64,000 nucleotides of DNA from an uncultured candidate division WWE3 bacterium. GTDB taxonomy: Bacteria > Patescibacteriota > WWE3 > UBA101185 > UBA10185. Under the pieces are notes generated by a model that saw only the letters and a list, made by a program, of their open reading frames with translations, searched no databases and was not told the origin of the DNA. The stretch spans positions 315,111 through 379,110 of the forward strand of contig CALKWN010000065.1 of assembly GCA_938004185.1 (NCBI GenBank), read 5' to 3'. Made by a program: the position numbers and the translations under genes. Below are positions 54,521 to 64,000 of this stretch, in pieces (position 1 is the first letter of the stretch; every line of letters begins with the position of its first letter).

Positions 54521-55219
54521 ATGATAGACGGTACTCTGCTCGACCAGTACTACGCCAAATACGGCAAAGAAAACGTTGAAAAAGCCTTAGAATATTTAAG
54601 CTATAAAACCGCCGGAACTCTCCCCAAAAATGAAATTGAAGGAAAGCCAATTTTATATATTTTCAGACATGGACAAACTGAAGATAACGCGAATTTTGTA
54701 TTCAGCGGATGGCGTGATTCGCCGATTACCGAAAAAGGTAAAAAACAAGCATTGGAATTAGCAGAAAAAATAAAGGACAAAGATATCGGCATGTTAATCT
54801 CGTCACCTCAAATAAGAGCTGTGGAGACAATGAGAATCGCGTGCTCTTTAAATGAAAAGGCCTCAAAACTAAAAATCGAAACCGAAGAAAGAATAAAAGA
54901 AAGATCATACGGAATATTGCAAGGGAAAAGTAAACTTGAAATCCAGCTCGAAGACCCCGAACTATTGTTAAAAATAAGAAGATCTTTTGATTACCGACCT
55001 GAAAACGGTGAAAGTATAGAGATGGTTTGTAAACGCGTTGCCGAATTTTGCGAAGAAATAGTGCCCCTTATGAAAAAACATAAAATTAATGTTGCTGTTT
55101 CGTGTCACGGAAATTCCATCAGAGGTTTCAGAAGATTTTTTGAAAATTTATCAGACGAAGAAACTGCAACTGTAGAAACACCCCTCGCAAAAGATTACGC
55201 AGCCTACTCTATTGATTGA
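54521..55219 (+). CDS. Histidine phosphatase, probable cofactor-dependent phosphoglycerate mutase
   Basis: RHGQT..N..FSGW.D, ERSYG.LQG..K, HGNSIR; next to enolase. Confidence 0.85.
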   Translation: MIDGTLLDQYYAKYGKENVEKALEYLSYKTAGTLPKNEIEGKPILYIFRHGQTEDNANFVFSGWRDSPITEKGKKQALELAEKIKDKDIGMLISSPQIRAVETMRIACSLNEKASKLKIETEERIKERSYGILQGKSKLEIQLEDPELLLKIRRSFDYRPENGESIEMVCKRVAEFCEEIVPLMKKHKINVAVSCHGNSIRGFRRFFENLSDEETATVETPLAKDYAAYSID

Positions 55220-56445
55220 TTCTTTTCATTAAATATTTGTAAAAGACGGTTGTACTTAACCACGCGCTCCCCACGAACAGGTGCGCCGGATTTCATAAAC
55301 TCCGCTCTAACCGCCAACGCAAGGTCAGCTATAAAAGTGTCTTCGCCGGTCTCACCGCTTCTGTGTGATACACAAATCTTCATGCCTGCTTTTTGGGCGG
55401 AATGTACAAACTCAAATGTTTCTGACAGAGTTCCAACCTGATTAGGTTTAACAATTACAGCGTTTGCCAGCTTTTTCTCTATCGCCACACGTAAAAACTT
55501 TGGATTGGTAACAACTAAATCATCGCCGACAACCATAAGCTTTTTTCCTGCGATACCGCTGAAATGCTCCCACGCTTCGTGGTCGTCCTCGTAAAAAGGA
55601 TCTTCAAGATAAATAATCGGGTATTTAGTTAAAATATCGTTATAAAAAGCTGAGAGCTCTCCGCTGTCGTAAGATTTCCCTTCTTCTTTTATCTGGTACC
55701 CGCTTTTTGTATAAAACGATCCGGCGGCTACATCCATACCCATAAAAACCTGCTCTCCCGGCTTAAATTCAGAAGAGGCAGCTTTAGAAATGTAATCTAA
55801 GGCTTTAACAACTGTAAGGCCGTTGGGGGCAAAACCTCCCTCATCACCCACATCAGTATCTAAACCGTCTTTAATTAAGATATCTTTTAGAGAGTGGTAA
55901 ATTTTTGTTCCCATTTCAAGTGCTTCGTTAAAGGGCACCGACGGAGACGGAATAACCATAAACTCCTGAAAAGACAGGTTATTGTGTGAGTGTAAACCTC
56001 CGTTTAGGATATTAAACACAGGAACGGGAAAACTTAACTCCGGTTGTCTTTCCTTACCGTGCCAATAAAGCGAACCCAAATACTCATATAGCTCCATCCC
56101 TAGCGACTCTGCTGAAGCTTTTGCGGCTGCGAGTGATACAGATAAAATACTGTTTCCGCCCAAATGACTTTTGTTCTCGGTTCCGTCCATTTCAAGCAAA
56201 ACACGATCAATCACAAACTGCTCTGTCGGGTCTTCCCCTTCCAAAACATCGCTTATTGCCGTATTTACAATATCAACTGCCCTTTCGGCCGGAATGTCGA
56301 TAGCTTCATTTTCACCTTTTGAAGCACCGCTGGGTATTGCCTGAATTCCCTCAGAACCGTCATCGAGGGTGACTTTTGTTTCTATTGTCCAGTCTCCCCT
56401 GGAGTTGAGAATTTTATGGCAGGTTATGCTTTTAATTTTCGGCAT
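55204..56445 (-). CDS. eno: Enolase (start set at ATG 56445)
   Basis: ILNSRG, PSGAS.G, VGDEGGFAP, VGDDL, SHRSGET. Confidence 0.97.
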   Translation of the reverse strand: MPKIKSITCHKILNSRGDWTIETKVTLDDGSEGIQAIPSGASKGENEAIDIPAERAVDIVNTAISDVLEGEDPTEQFVIDRVLLEMDGTENKSHLGGNSILSVSLAAAKASAESLGMELYEYLGSLYWHGKERQPELSFPVPVFNILNGGLHSHNNLSFQEFMVIPSPSVPFNEALEMGTKIYHSLKDILIKDGLDTDVGDEGGFAPNGLTVVKALDYISKAASSEFKPGEQVFMGMDVAAGSFYTKSGYQIKEEGKSYDSGELSAFYNDILTKYPIIYLEDPFYEDDHEAWEHFSGIAGKKLMVVGDDLVVTNPKFLRVAIEKKLANAVIVKPNQVGTLSETFEFVHSAQKAGMKICVSHRSGETGEDTFIADLALAVRAEFMKSGAPVRGERVVKYNRLLQIFNEKNQSIE

Positions 56446-56446
56446 T

Positions 56447-58711
56447 TTATTTTTTCTTTTTGCCGCCGAGCACCTTTTTTTCAGCGTTGTACACAATTTC
56501 TCTGGTCTTTTCTATAACATCCGGGCTAACTGAAACGGATGTAACACCCCAGTCAACCAACATTTCAACCAGTTCTGGGAACACCGAGGGTGCTTGGCCA
56601 CAAACTGAGCAGGTTATCTTTCTTTTTCGGCAGGTTGTAACAATTTTTTCGAGTGAGGCTAAAACAGCCGGGTTCATTTCACTGTAAGTGTCGGCGACCT
56701 TTTCATTGTCTCTGTCAACACCAAGAGTAAGCATTGTTAGATCGTTTGTTCCGATTGAAACTCCATCGATACCTTCGTCAATAAATTCATCGAGTAAAAT
56801 AACGTTAGAGGGAATTTCTACCATCATCCAGAATTTGAACATGCCGCTTCTCCTTAAACCTCCAGCGCTTAACAATTTCTTGACTTCACGAAGTTGATCA
56901 ACCGTCCTTACAAAAGGCATCATCACCCAAAAATTCTTTAGACCTTTTTTATTTCTAACAATTTTTATAGCTTCGATCTCCATTTCGAGAACATCGGGCT
57001 CTTTCAAATAGCGTGAAACTCCGCGGTAACCTATCATCGGGTTGGGCTCTTCCTGTTCGAATTCTTTTCCTCCTACAAGATTTGCGTATTCATTTGATTT
57101 AAAGTCGTTGAATCTGTAGACTACCGGTCTGGGATAAAAAGCCTCGGCGAATTTTTCCATGCCTTCTGCTAATTGATTTATATACTCCTTCTTCTTTTTG
57201 TCCTTTATGAATTTCATGGGGTGTTTGCCGATCTGAGCCATTATAAATTCGGCTCTAAGCAAACCAACACCATCAACATTTCTTTGCGACATTTCGCCGG
57301 CCAATTCGGGTTCGGCAAGATTCATATAAATTTTTGTGGCTGTCTTTATATTTTTAACGTCAATGCTGGATTGTTTTACATCCTTTACCTGCGATATATC
57401 TCCTTCAAATACTTTACCTTCCGCTCCATCGACAGTTATTAGCTCTCCCTTGGTTAGCATTTTTGTTGCGTGACTTGTACCCACAACCGCAGGGATACCT
57501 AATTCGCGGCTTACAATTGCTGCGTGGCTTGTCCTTCCTCCGAGGTCTGTTACTATCGCACTTGCCCTTTTCATGGCAGGTACGTAGTCGGGATTTGTCA
57601 TTTCAGCTACAAGCACGTCGCCCTCTTTTACCAAATTTATTTCTTTCGGACTTTTTATTATCTGAACTTTTCCGACTCCGACACCCGGAGAAGCAGCTAA
57701 ACCTTCAAGTAATACTTTTGCTTTTTTGCTTGAGTCTATACCTAATTCAGTTTCTTTTTGTTGTAATGTTGTTACGGGTCTGGACTGAACGATGTACATT
57801 TTTCCATCTTCAACTCCGTATTCAATATCCTGAGGCCTTCCGTAGTGCTCTTCAATTTTCATACCTAGGTGGGCTAGCTCAACAATTTGTTTATTGGTTA
57901 ATTTTTGAACCTGCTGATATTTTTTTGATATCGGAGTATTTCCGGCAAGTGTCAGTTGCCAGGTTTGTTTTGCAATGTATCTCGAAACTATTTTTCCGGT
58001 TTTTTTATTTACTATGTACTGATCAGGAGTTACCTCTCCTGAAACCACGGGCTGACCTAAACCGAAGGCGGCTTCTATTGAAACCTCTTCTTTGTTATTC
58101 GTTAAAGGATTGACGGTAAACATTATTCCCGAGAAATCGGATTGAACCATGAGCTGAACGGGAACAGCAATTCCTACTTTTAAGTGTGAGTATTTATTTG
58201 TTTCGCGGTAAAAAATAGCTCTTGCTTCAAATAAGGACGCCCAGCATTCCTGAACCTTCTTAACTACCTCTTTCCACCCTTTTATATTAAGGTATGTTTC
58301 CTGTTGTCCGGCAAAGGATGCGTCGGGCAGGTCTTCCGCGGTTGCAGAACTCCTGACGGCAACGTACCTGTCGTTCTCACCGCACAAATGGTGGTAATAC
58401 TCCTTTATTTTTTCTGCAAGATCAGTGGGAAGTTCTGCTGCCATTATGGCCGTCTTTATGCGCTTCGAAGCTTCCTGAAGTTTTTTAGAGTCATCAACGT
58501 CTAAACCTGATAACTCATGCATAATTTTTTCTTTGAGTGAGGTTGCATTTAGGAATTCGTAATAGGCACCGGCAGTTACTACAAATCCGTCGGGAACCGG
58601 GATTTTTGCATTGACCATCTCACCGAGGTTTGCGCCCTTTCCTCCGACCAGACCGATGTCTTTCTTACCAACTTCCTTAAACCATAGTATTGGGGCAGTA
58701 TTTTTATTCAT
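56447..58711 (-). CDS. ppsA: Phosphoenolpyruvate synthase (PEP synthetase)
   Basis: GGKGANLGEM, VRSSATAEDLP.ASFAGQ, GGRTSHAAIVSRE, EPNPMIGYRG, SIGTNDL; start set at ATG 58711. Confidence 0.95.
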   Translation of the reverse strand: MNKNTAPILWFKEVGKKDIGLVGGKGANLGEMVNAKIPVPDGFVVTAGAYYEFLNATSLKEKIMHELSGLDVDDSKKLQEASKRIKTAIMAAELPTDLAEKIKEYYHHLCGENDRYVAVRSSATAEDLPDASFAGQQETYLNIKGWKEVVKKVQECWASLFEARAIFYRETNKYSHLKVGIAVPVQLMVQSDFSGIMFTVNPLTNNKEEVSIEAAFGLGQPVVSGEVTPDQYIVNKKTGKIVSRYIAKQTWQLTLAGNTPISKKYQQVQKLTNKQIVELAHLGMKIEEHYGRPQDIEYGVEDGKMYIVQSRPVTTLQQKETELGIDSSKKAKVLLEGLAASPGVGVGKVQIIKSPKEINLVKEGDVLVAEMTNPDYVPAMKRASAIVTDLGGRTSHAAIVSRELGIPAVVGTSHATKMLTKGELITVDGAEGKVFEGDISQVKDVKQSSIDVKNIKTATKIYMNLAEPELAGEMSQRNVDGVGLLRAEFIMAQIGKHPMKFIKDKKKKEYINQLAEGMEKFAEAFYPRPVVYRFNDFKSNEYANLVGGKEFEQEEPNPMIGYRGVSRYLKEPDVLEMEIEAIKIVRNKKGLKNFWVMMPFVRTVDQLREVKKLLSAGGLRRSGMFKFWMMVEIPSNVILLDEFIDEGIDGVSIGTNDLTMLTLGVDRDNEKVADTYSEMNPAVLASLEKIVTTCRKRKITCSVCGQAPSVFPELVEMLVDWGVTSVSVSPDVIEKTREIVYNAEKKVLGGKKKK

Positions 58712-58757
58712 ATAGAAATAATATAACAAAATGGCGGGTTTTGTAACCCAAATGGGG

Positions 58758-60131
58758 CTAAAATTCGAGAGAGTGCGGTTTTAATAACAACCTTACTTCG
58801 TTTTTTACCTTTTCAAGTTCTTCTTCCGAAGCGGCTTCTACACGAATCCCTAAAAACGGAGATGTGTTTTTTGCTCTTATCAAAAACCATGCTGTATCCG
58901 ATATGCTTGCCCTTACACCGTCAACGAAATTTTTCCTTGAGAATTTTTCGGAATTTTTTACTTCTTCTATTATCTTGAAAACAACGGTGAACTTTTCTGT
59001 GTCAGGACAAGGTACTTTTATTTCGGGTGAGCTCGTGCGTTCTGGAAATTCCTGCATTAACCCGCCAATCCCAGATTTTTCTTTATCCATGATTTCCAAG
59101 ACTCTGCAAATAGCGTATATTCCATCGTCGTATCCGAAATACCTATCGCCGAAATAAGTATGGCCTGAAAATTCAACTCCGAAGGTTGCTTCTTTTGATG
59201 TTATCTTTTGTATAAAAAAAGATCTTCCGGTTCTTACAATTTCCGGGTCTCCGCCGTAATTCTTTATTATATCTTCGGCTAAAGAAGTGCATTTAACATC
59301 GTAAGCGATCTTGGAGCCGGGAAAATCTTTAAGAATATATTTGGAAAATAGCAATAGAGCTCTGTCTGTTTCGTATGATTTGCCCTTTTCGTCGACCATT
59401 AAAAAACGATCTCCATCCCCGTCTAATCCGAAACCCGCATCTGCTCCCGAAGCTAAAACCGCAGATGTTGTCTGTTCAACAAAATGCGGCTCTTCCGGAT
59501 CCGGAGTACCATTAGGAAAAGTACCGTCTAATTCAAGGTTTACAGGCACTATCTCTAAACCGAGCTCCGTAAATACTTTTCGGGCTAAATCGCCGGTTGA
59601 GCCGTTGCCCGTGTTTAAAACAATCTTGAATTTTTTGCTAAAAGAAAAACTGTCCTTTACAAATTTTATATATTCGTCTGTAAAATCTTTTTCTTCATAA
59701 GATCCTGTGCCTGTTTCATAATTTTCGGATTCAATTATGTTTGCTATTTCCTGAACTCCCTCGCCGTAAATAGGGGCAGCTTTTGCATATTCAATTTTTA
59801 CGCCGTTGTATTCCTTTGTGTTGTGGCTTGCGGTAATGTATACCCCGCCGTCAAAATCTTTAGTGGTGGTATAAAAATGGATTAGGGGATACGGCAGTGT
59901 GCCCACGAAGGTCACGTCGCACCCGGTGCTTTGCAGACCTTCGGATAATTTTTGAGTGAGCTCGGGAGAACTGGCTCTGTTATCCATTCCCAAAACAATT
60001 TTTGATAAATTTTTCTTTCGATATATTGTACCTACGGCCTTTCCAATATGGTAAAAAAGCTCGCCGTCAATATCTTGTCCGTATATGCCGCGGATGTCAT
60101 ATTCTCTAAAAATCATTCTATTAATTTTCAT
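58758..60131 (-). CDS. Phosphomannomutase/phosphoglucomutase
   Basis: FREYDIRG, TASHN, DGDGDR, EFSGH. Confidence 0.93.
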   Translation of the reverse strand: MKINRMIFREYDIRGIYGQDIDGELFYHIGKAVGTIYRKKNLSKIVLGMDNRASSPELTQKLSEGLQSTGCDVTFVGTLPYPLIHFYTTTKDFDGGVYITASHNTKEYNGVKIEYAKAAPIYGEGVQEIANIIESENYETGTGSYEEKDFTDEYIKFVKDSFSFSKKFKIVLNTGNGSTGDLARKVFTELGLEIVPVNLELDGTFPNGTPDPEEPHFVEQTTSAVLASGADAGFGLDGDGDRFLMVDEKGKSYETDRALLLFSKYILKDFPGSKIAYDVKCTSLAEDIIKNYGGDPEIVRTGRSFFIQKITSKEATFGVEFSGHTYFGDRYFGYDDGIYAICRVLEIMDKEKSGIGGLMQEFPERTSSPEIKVPCPDTEKFTVVFKIIEEVKNSEKFSRKNFVDGVRASISDTAWFLIRAKNTSPFLGIRVEAASEEELEKVKNEVRLLLKPHSLEF

Positions 60132-60133
60132 TT

Positions 60134-60967
60134 TTATAGGGGCAGTGTGAAGATAAACTTAGTTCCCTGAGGCTTGTTGTCTTCCAACCAAATAGAACCC
60201 TTGTGTGATTCTACTATAGCTTTGACAATAACCAAACCCAACCCGGTGCCTCTTTCTCTTACTTTTGTATGATTTGACGCTTGACTAAACGGCTTGAAAA
60301 GACGTTCTTTGTCTTCATCGGCTATTCCGATACCGGTATCGGCAACTGTTATGCTAGCGTGATGATCATACCTACCGGTAGATATTGTAACTTTACCTCC
60401 CTCTTGGGTAAATTTCATTGCATTAGTAAGAAGATTATTTAAAACCTGTTTTAAACGCAGGGGGTCGAAACTGAAATTTCCAAAGTCTTCGTTAAGATTT
60501 AGTTCCAACTCAATTTTTTTGATTTTCGCGATCGGCTGGAAAGAAGCAACTTCCTCTTTTAAAACATCGTTTATATTTGCATAAACAACATTTATTTCAA
60601 ATTTTCCGCTTCCGATTTTTGAGAAATCTAGTATGTCAGCAACGGTTTTTAACATCGTGTCTGAGTTTTCACGGATTTGAACTAAAAGTTCGTGTATTTG
60701 ATCGGCGTCCATGGAGGCCGCTTCTTTTAAAATAAGGTCAGAGGCTCCTCTGACAACAGACAGTGGGGCTCTCAATTCGTGGATAAAAATGGGGACATAG
60801 TCGGCATTTCCGTCAAAATAAGATTTTTGCTCACCCCGACCGTCTTTTATATCGCCAATTTTACGGTGGAGCTTATTTAACTCTTCGTATTTGTGAAAAA
60901 GTACAGCAACAACTAAAACCAAGATTACTGATTCAGCTATAACGAGCCATATTATATAAGGTTCCAT
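60134..60967 (-). CDS. Membrane-anchored sensor histidine kinase with no evident sensor domain
   Basis: One TM; HELRAPL; NLLTNAMKF; DTGIG; GTGLGL. Confidence 0.92.
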   Translation of the reverse strand: MEPYIIWLVIAESVILVLVVAVLFHKYEELNKLHRKIGDIKDGRGEQKSYFDGNADYVPIFIHELRAPLSVVRGASDLILKEAASMDADQIHELLVQIRENSDTMLKTVADILDFSKIGSGKFEINVVYANINDVLKEEVASFQPIAKIKKIELELNLNEDFGNFSFDPLRLKQVLNNLLTNAMKFTQEGGKVTISTGRYDHHASITVADTGIGIADEDKERLFKPFSQASNHTKVRERGTGLGLVIVKAIVESHKGSIWLEDNKPQGTKFIFTLPL

Positions 60968-60974
60968 AGGGCGG

Positions 60975-61376
60975 CTAACCCGTTACTTTTATGCCGGTAT
61001 CGGGCGTTTCCCCCAATAGTATGGCAATTTTCTCGGGCAGTTCTGAAGGTACTACATTATATTTCATGTAGTAGTCTTCGGCTCCGTATTCGACAGCTTT
61101 GTTGACATTCTCGTCGTTTCCGAAGTTTGTTAGCATAACAACCTTTATTTCCTTCGTATCAAGGTTTTCCTTCATTTCTTTGAGAATATCAAGACCGCTC
61201 ATACCCGGTAAAATAATGTCCATAAGGACTAAATCGGGCTTTTCGCGCATGATGGCGTCCATTGCTCTGGAGCCGTCGGCTACGTGGGCTACTTCGTAAC
61301 CCCTCATCTTAAGGGGCACAGAAAATATGTTAAAAAAACTTTCGTCGTCCTCTACGAACATGACTTTCTTTGGCAT
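60975..61376 (-). CDS. Single-domain response regulator (REC)
   Basis: VEDD, PDLVLMDIILPGMSG, LTN, K. Confidence 0.93.
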   Translation of the reverse strand: MPKKVMFVEDDESFFNIFSVPLKMRGYEVAHVADGSRAMDAIMREKPDLVLMDIILPGMSGLDILKEMKENLDTKEIKVVMLTNFGNDENVNKAVEYGAEDYYMKYNVVPSELPEKIAILLGETPDTGIKVTG

Positions 61377-61452
61377 AAGTTAATAGTATAGGAAGAGTGG
61401 GTAGCAATTCAAGTCTTTTTTGCTACCGATTCTTCAACATTTAATATAGGCG

Positions 61453-61722
61453 CTAAAGATAACGGTTAATTTTCTCCAAATCCTTCGATCTTTCCGGTCT
61501 TTCTTGCCCTCTACTCATAATGTGGTAAGCCGCTAAAAGTGCTGCTTCTACACGATCTTTATCCACCTCATCGCCTTTAAAAGGCTCAAAATTACTTAAG
61601 AAATTATTTGCTACTTCGGTTAGGCTGGGTTCTTCAGCAACTGCACTTTTTAAATTTTGCGCGAAATATTCAAACGATTGATCTATACTTTCGTCGTTTG
61701 ATAAGATCTCATTATCTTCCAT
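61453..61722 (-). CDS. Hypothetical acidic protein (89 aa)
   Basis: SD AGGGAGG; unobstructed ORF in intergenic space. Confidence 0.65.
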   Translation of the reverse strand: MEDNEILSNDESIDQSFEYFAQNLKSAVAEEPSLTEVANNFLSNFEPFKGDEVDKDRVEAALLAAYHIMSRGQERPERSKDLEKINRYL

Positions 61723-61864
61723 CTTCTTTATCCTCCCTAAATATATACTCGATTAGATACAGTTTACTACGATAAATAAGTATAAAGCAACAACGCAGGT
61801 ATTTACTATCAAACTTAACTATAGTGACAGCTCCCAACAAGCTGATATATTTAAATAGTTTTCT

Positions 61865-62923
61865 ATGAAAATGATAAAAGACACCTTAATTGTAGTATTC
61901 GCATTAGCATTTGTTCTTGCTGCAGGTTCCTTTTATATAAAATACGGGGATAAACTTAAAAATAATGATTCTACCGCACTTCTTCCGAACCCTGTAAAAG
62001 CTAACACCTCCGATGATAAGCCTTTTTCTTATCCCAGCATTTTCCAAAAAGATCCGCTTATAAATATTCTGTTAATAGGTACTGACACAAGTCTTGAAAG
62101 AAGAAGCAACGGCGTTTATGGTTTTAACACCGACGCTACCATATTGGTAAGTATCGATACCCAAACAAAACAGGTTCTTCTCACATCCGTACCTAGAGAT
62201 CTTTGGGTAAACGGTAATAAGATAAACGCCCTATACATTTTATCCGGGTGGGACGGTCTAAAAAATGCTTACGAAACAATTACCGGGCTTGAAATAGGCG
62301 GGTATATAATGGCCGATTTTGATAGCTTCCGCTGGCTTGTTACTCAAATAGGCGGCGTAAATGTAGAAATAAAAAACAGTTTCACGGATTACTCTTTTCC
62401 GAACTACCAGGATACAGACATAGAGCAGGTTTCATTCACTGAGGGCTCGGAATTGATGACAGCGGACCGCGCTCTTACCTACGCCAGGTCAAGAAAAGGC
62501 ACAAACGGAGAAGGAAGTGATTTGATGAGGGCAAAAAGGCAACATCTCATACTACAGGGAATTGTAAATTCTTTTGATAATCCCTTAAATACTATGGCTA
62601 AAATGGACATAAAAGAAGTATTTGAAATATTAACGAAACACATGAGTACCAGTCTTACGGTAGATGATGCAATATATCTTTGGGATTTTTACGCTTACAG
62701 AAATGAGTACAATGTAAGATCTTTTGTTCTTGATGATAAATATCTTTATCACCCGGGTGTATATCCAGAAAGTACTTATACGGCGTGGGTTTTTCTTCCT
62801 AGAAATCCCACATACCAAGACATTCACGATGCGATAAAACTTCAACTTGAGGGAAAAGATATTACCGAGCCTGATATTTCAAATCCTTCGACTGAACAGG
62901 GAACGGAAACTATTACGGAATAG
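61865..62923 (+). CDS. LytR-CpsA-Psr (LCP) family protein
   Basis: NILLIGTD, TD, SVPRD, KINA, YARSR, SD..R..RQ. Confidence 0.92.
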   Translation: MKMIKDTLIVVFALAFVLAAGSFYIKYGDKLKNNDSTALLPNPVKANTSDDKPFSYPSIFQKDPLINILLIGTDTSLERRSNGVYGFNTDATILVSIDTQTKQVLLTSVPRDLWVNGNKINALYILSGWDGLKNAYETITGLEIGGYIMADFDSFRWLVTQIGGVNVEIKNSFTDYSFPNYQDTDIEQVSFTEGSELMTADRALTYARSRKGTNGEGSDLMRAKRQHLILQGIVNSFDNPLNTMAKMDIKEVFEILTKHMSTSLTVDDAIYLWDFYAYRNEYNVRSFVLDDKYLYHPGVYPESTYTAWVFLPRNPTYQDIHDAIKLQLEGKDITEPDISNPSTEQGTETITE

Positions 62924-63272
62924 AAATATTTTTGTAGTGTTTTAATAAATAGGCTGAACCGTCCTTTACAATTCCTACAAAATCAAAGCGCCAATCGGCT
63001 CCCAACAAACGATGTCTTAACAAAAAATAATTAGAGGTGTGATACCACTTAAGCCTTTTTCTTCTCGTCAGCATAACCGAAGGATCTTCCTGCAAATTTT
63101 TTGACAATGTTTTAACCTCGACAAAAATTAGTTTTTCTTTGTAGGCAATTATGTCCAGCTCTCCGGCGTAACAATACCAATTTCTTTTAATAATTTTGTA
63201 CCCCTTTGATTTCAGGTATTTTTCGGCAATAATTTCGCCTTTTCGTCCTGTCTGAATATTTGGTAAGGACAC
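62913..63272 (-). CDS. yraN: YraN family (UPF0102) nuclease-like protein
   Basis: G..GE..A..YL...GY.I..RNW...GELDII....FVEVK...RFD. Confidence 0.9.
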   Translation of the reverse strand: MSLPNIQTGRKGEIIAEKYLKSKGYKIIKRNWYCYAGELDIIAYKEKLIFVEVKTLSKNLQEDPSVMLTRRKRLKWYHTSNYFLLRHRLLGADWRFDFVGIVKDGSAYLLKHYKNISIP

Positions 63273-63324
63273 CCATCTAAATTACACTCACAAAATAAAA
63301 TCGTGAATATCCGAAATTCTAATG

Positions 63325-64000
63325 TTATTGGGAAACAGATGCGGGAATTTTATCGGGCGCGATTCCGTAATATTTTACCAATTCATTTAGAATATCCATC
63401 CATAATGGAACGGATGTAAGAGCGGCGTAAACCGAAGATTTAGGCTCCTCGAGTTTTACTATCATGGAAATGCGTTTGTTACCTGAAAGAAAACCCACAA
63501 AGGTGGCGTTTGTTTTATCATCGGCATATCCACCGGCCTCAGGAACCTGAGCGGTACCAGTTTTCCCGGCGATTTTGTAATCTTTTATTACGTAATACTT
63601 TGCCTCACCACTTTCTGCGGCGCTTTCAAGCATTTTAACCATTTCCTTAGAGGTCTCTTCGCTTATTACCCTTCTTATAGGTTTGGGATTTATTTGAAGT
63701 AATTTTGTACCATCGTTTATACCGGAAATAATGTTGGGTTGATACAAAGTCCCCCCGTTTGCGATAACATTGAAAGCATTGAGAACCTGCAGAGGAGTGG
63801 CTGAAATACCCTGACCAAATGAAATATTTGCCAAACCTACATCCGACCAGGTTGAAGCTTCATGCAGAGTACCGGTATCTTCTCCCTGTAGCTCTATTCC
63901 CGTTATTGTACCGAAACCGAAATTGCTCAAATAAGATCTCAGTTTTTCTGCACCCACCTTATGACCCACCCACGAAGCTCCAATATTGTTAGACAGTTCG
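63325..64000 (-). CDS. Class B penicillin-binding protein (FtsI-like), C-terminal part; 5' end lies outside the window
   Basis: SNIG at the window edge; FGFG..TGI; SFGQG...TPLQ; GKTGTAQ. Confidence 0.9.
   Translation of the reverse strand, partial: ELSNNIGASWVGHKVGAEKLRSYLSNFGFGTITGIELQGEDTGTLHEASTWSDVGLANISFGQGISATPLQVLNAFNVIANGGTLYQPNIISGINDGTKLLQINPKPIRRVISEETSKEMVKMLESAAESGEAKYYVIKDYKIAGKTGTAQVPEAGGYADDKTNATFVGFLSGNKRISMIVKLEEPKSSVYAALTSVPLWMDILNELVKYYGIAPDKIPASVSQ

Noticed and set aside
5124-58729. Longer ORF-track starts for the 5124 ORF, htpX, LysM, secG, mraY, uvrC, uvrB, eno and ppsA
   Set aside because: They overlap upstream genes or promoters. Downstream starts fit the SD, stop-start coupling or -10 spacing.
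680-62845. Numerous 60-225 aa ORFs antisense to or nested in recognised genes (e.g. 1800-2477, 3159-3782, 33847-34332, 57463-58113)
   Set aside because: These are shadow ORFs of well-supported genes, with no motifs or expression signals.
63301-63315. Possible LexA boxes before yraN, and similarly at 30021-30035 and 21848-21865
   Set aside because: Half-site periods are 10 or 13 bp rather than 11, and the matches are poor.
1-64000. CRISPR array, IS/transposase, integrase, prophage, DGR, inteins/introns, stop-codon reassignment
   Set aside because: No regular repeat-spacer array or such enzymes were seen. Conserved genes are uninterrupted under code 11, and TGA acts as a stop.

Overview
Core-genome window of a low-GC bacterium. 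It is very probably a Patescibacteria/CPR member (WWE3/Microgenomates-like), inferred from gene content, the truncated dcw cluster and promoter architecture. It uses genetic code 11. It holds about 60 CDS: rplS, a ClpE-like ATPase, a Klenow-type PolA, gatCAB, lemA-NUDIX-htpX, PolX-PHP, a galU/wzx/wzy/glycoside-hydrolase cluster, lepB, rplU-rpmA, type 2 ileS, nrdJ+pduO, secG-murA-mraY-ftsW-murG-ftsQ-ftsA-ftsZ, uvrA/B/C, lexA, PBP1A, lower-glycolysis genes, a two-component pair, an LCP protein, yraN and a partial class B PBP. There are four tRNAs (Asp-GTC, Gly-CCC, Thr-CGT, Val-CAC). I saw no CRISPR array, transposase, integrase or prophage. The most notable observations are: (1) an unassigned ~295-nt structured RNA with its own promoter and terminator between uvrB and lexA; (2) MurA and MraY with altered catalytic residues, in a dcw cluster with no murB-F but intact-looking polymerases; (3) a 150-bp highly structured element flanked by a 21-bp duplication of the tRNA-Gly 3' end; (4) three synonymous copies of the ftsZ terminal LRQK-stop; (5) a structured nrdJ leader; (6) pervasive extended -10 leaderless promoters; and (7) a direct-repeat LexA box (TTCGG-N6-TTCGG-like). 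All structures and motifs were read by eye; none was computed or searched against a database.
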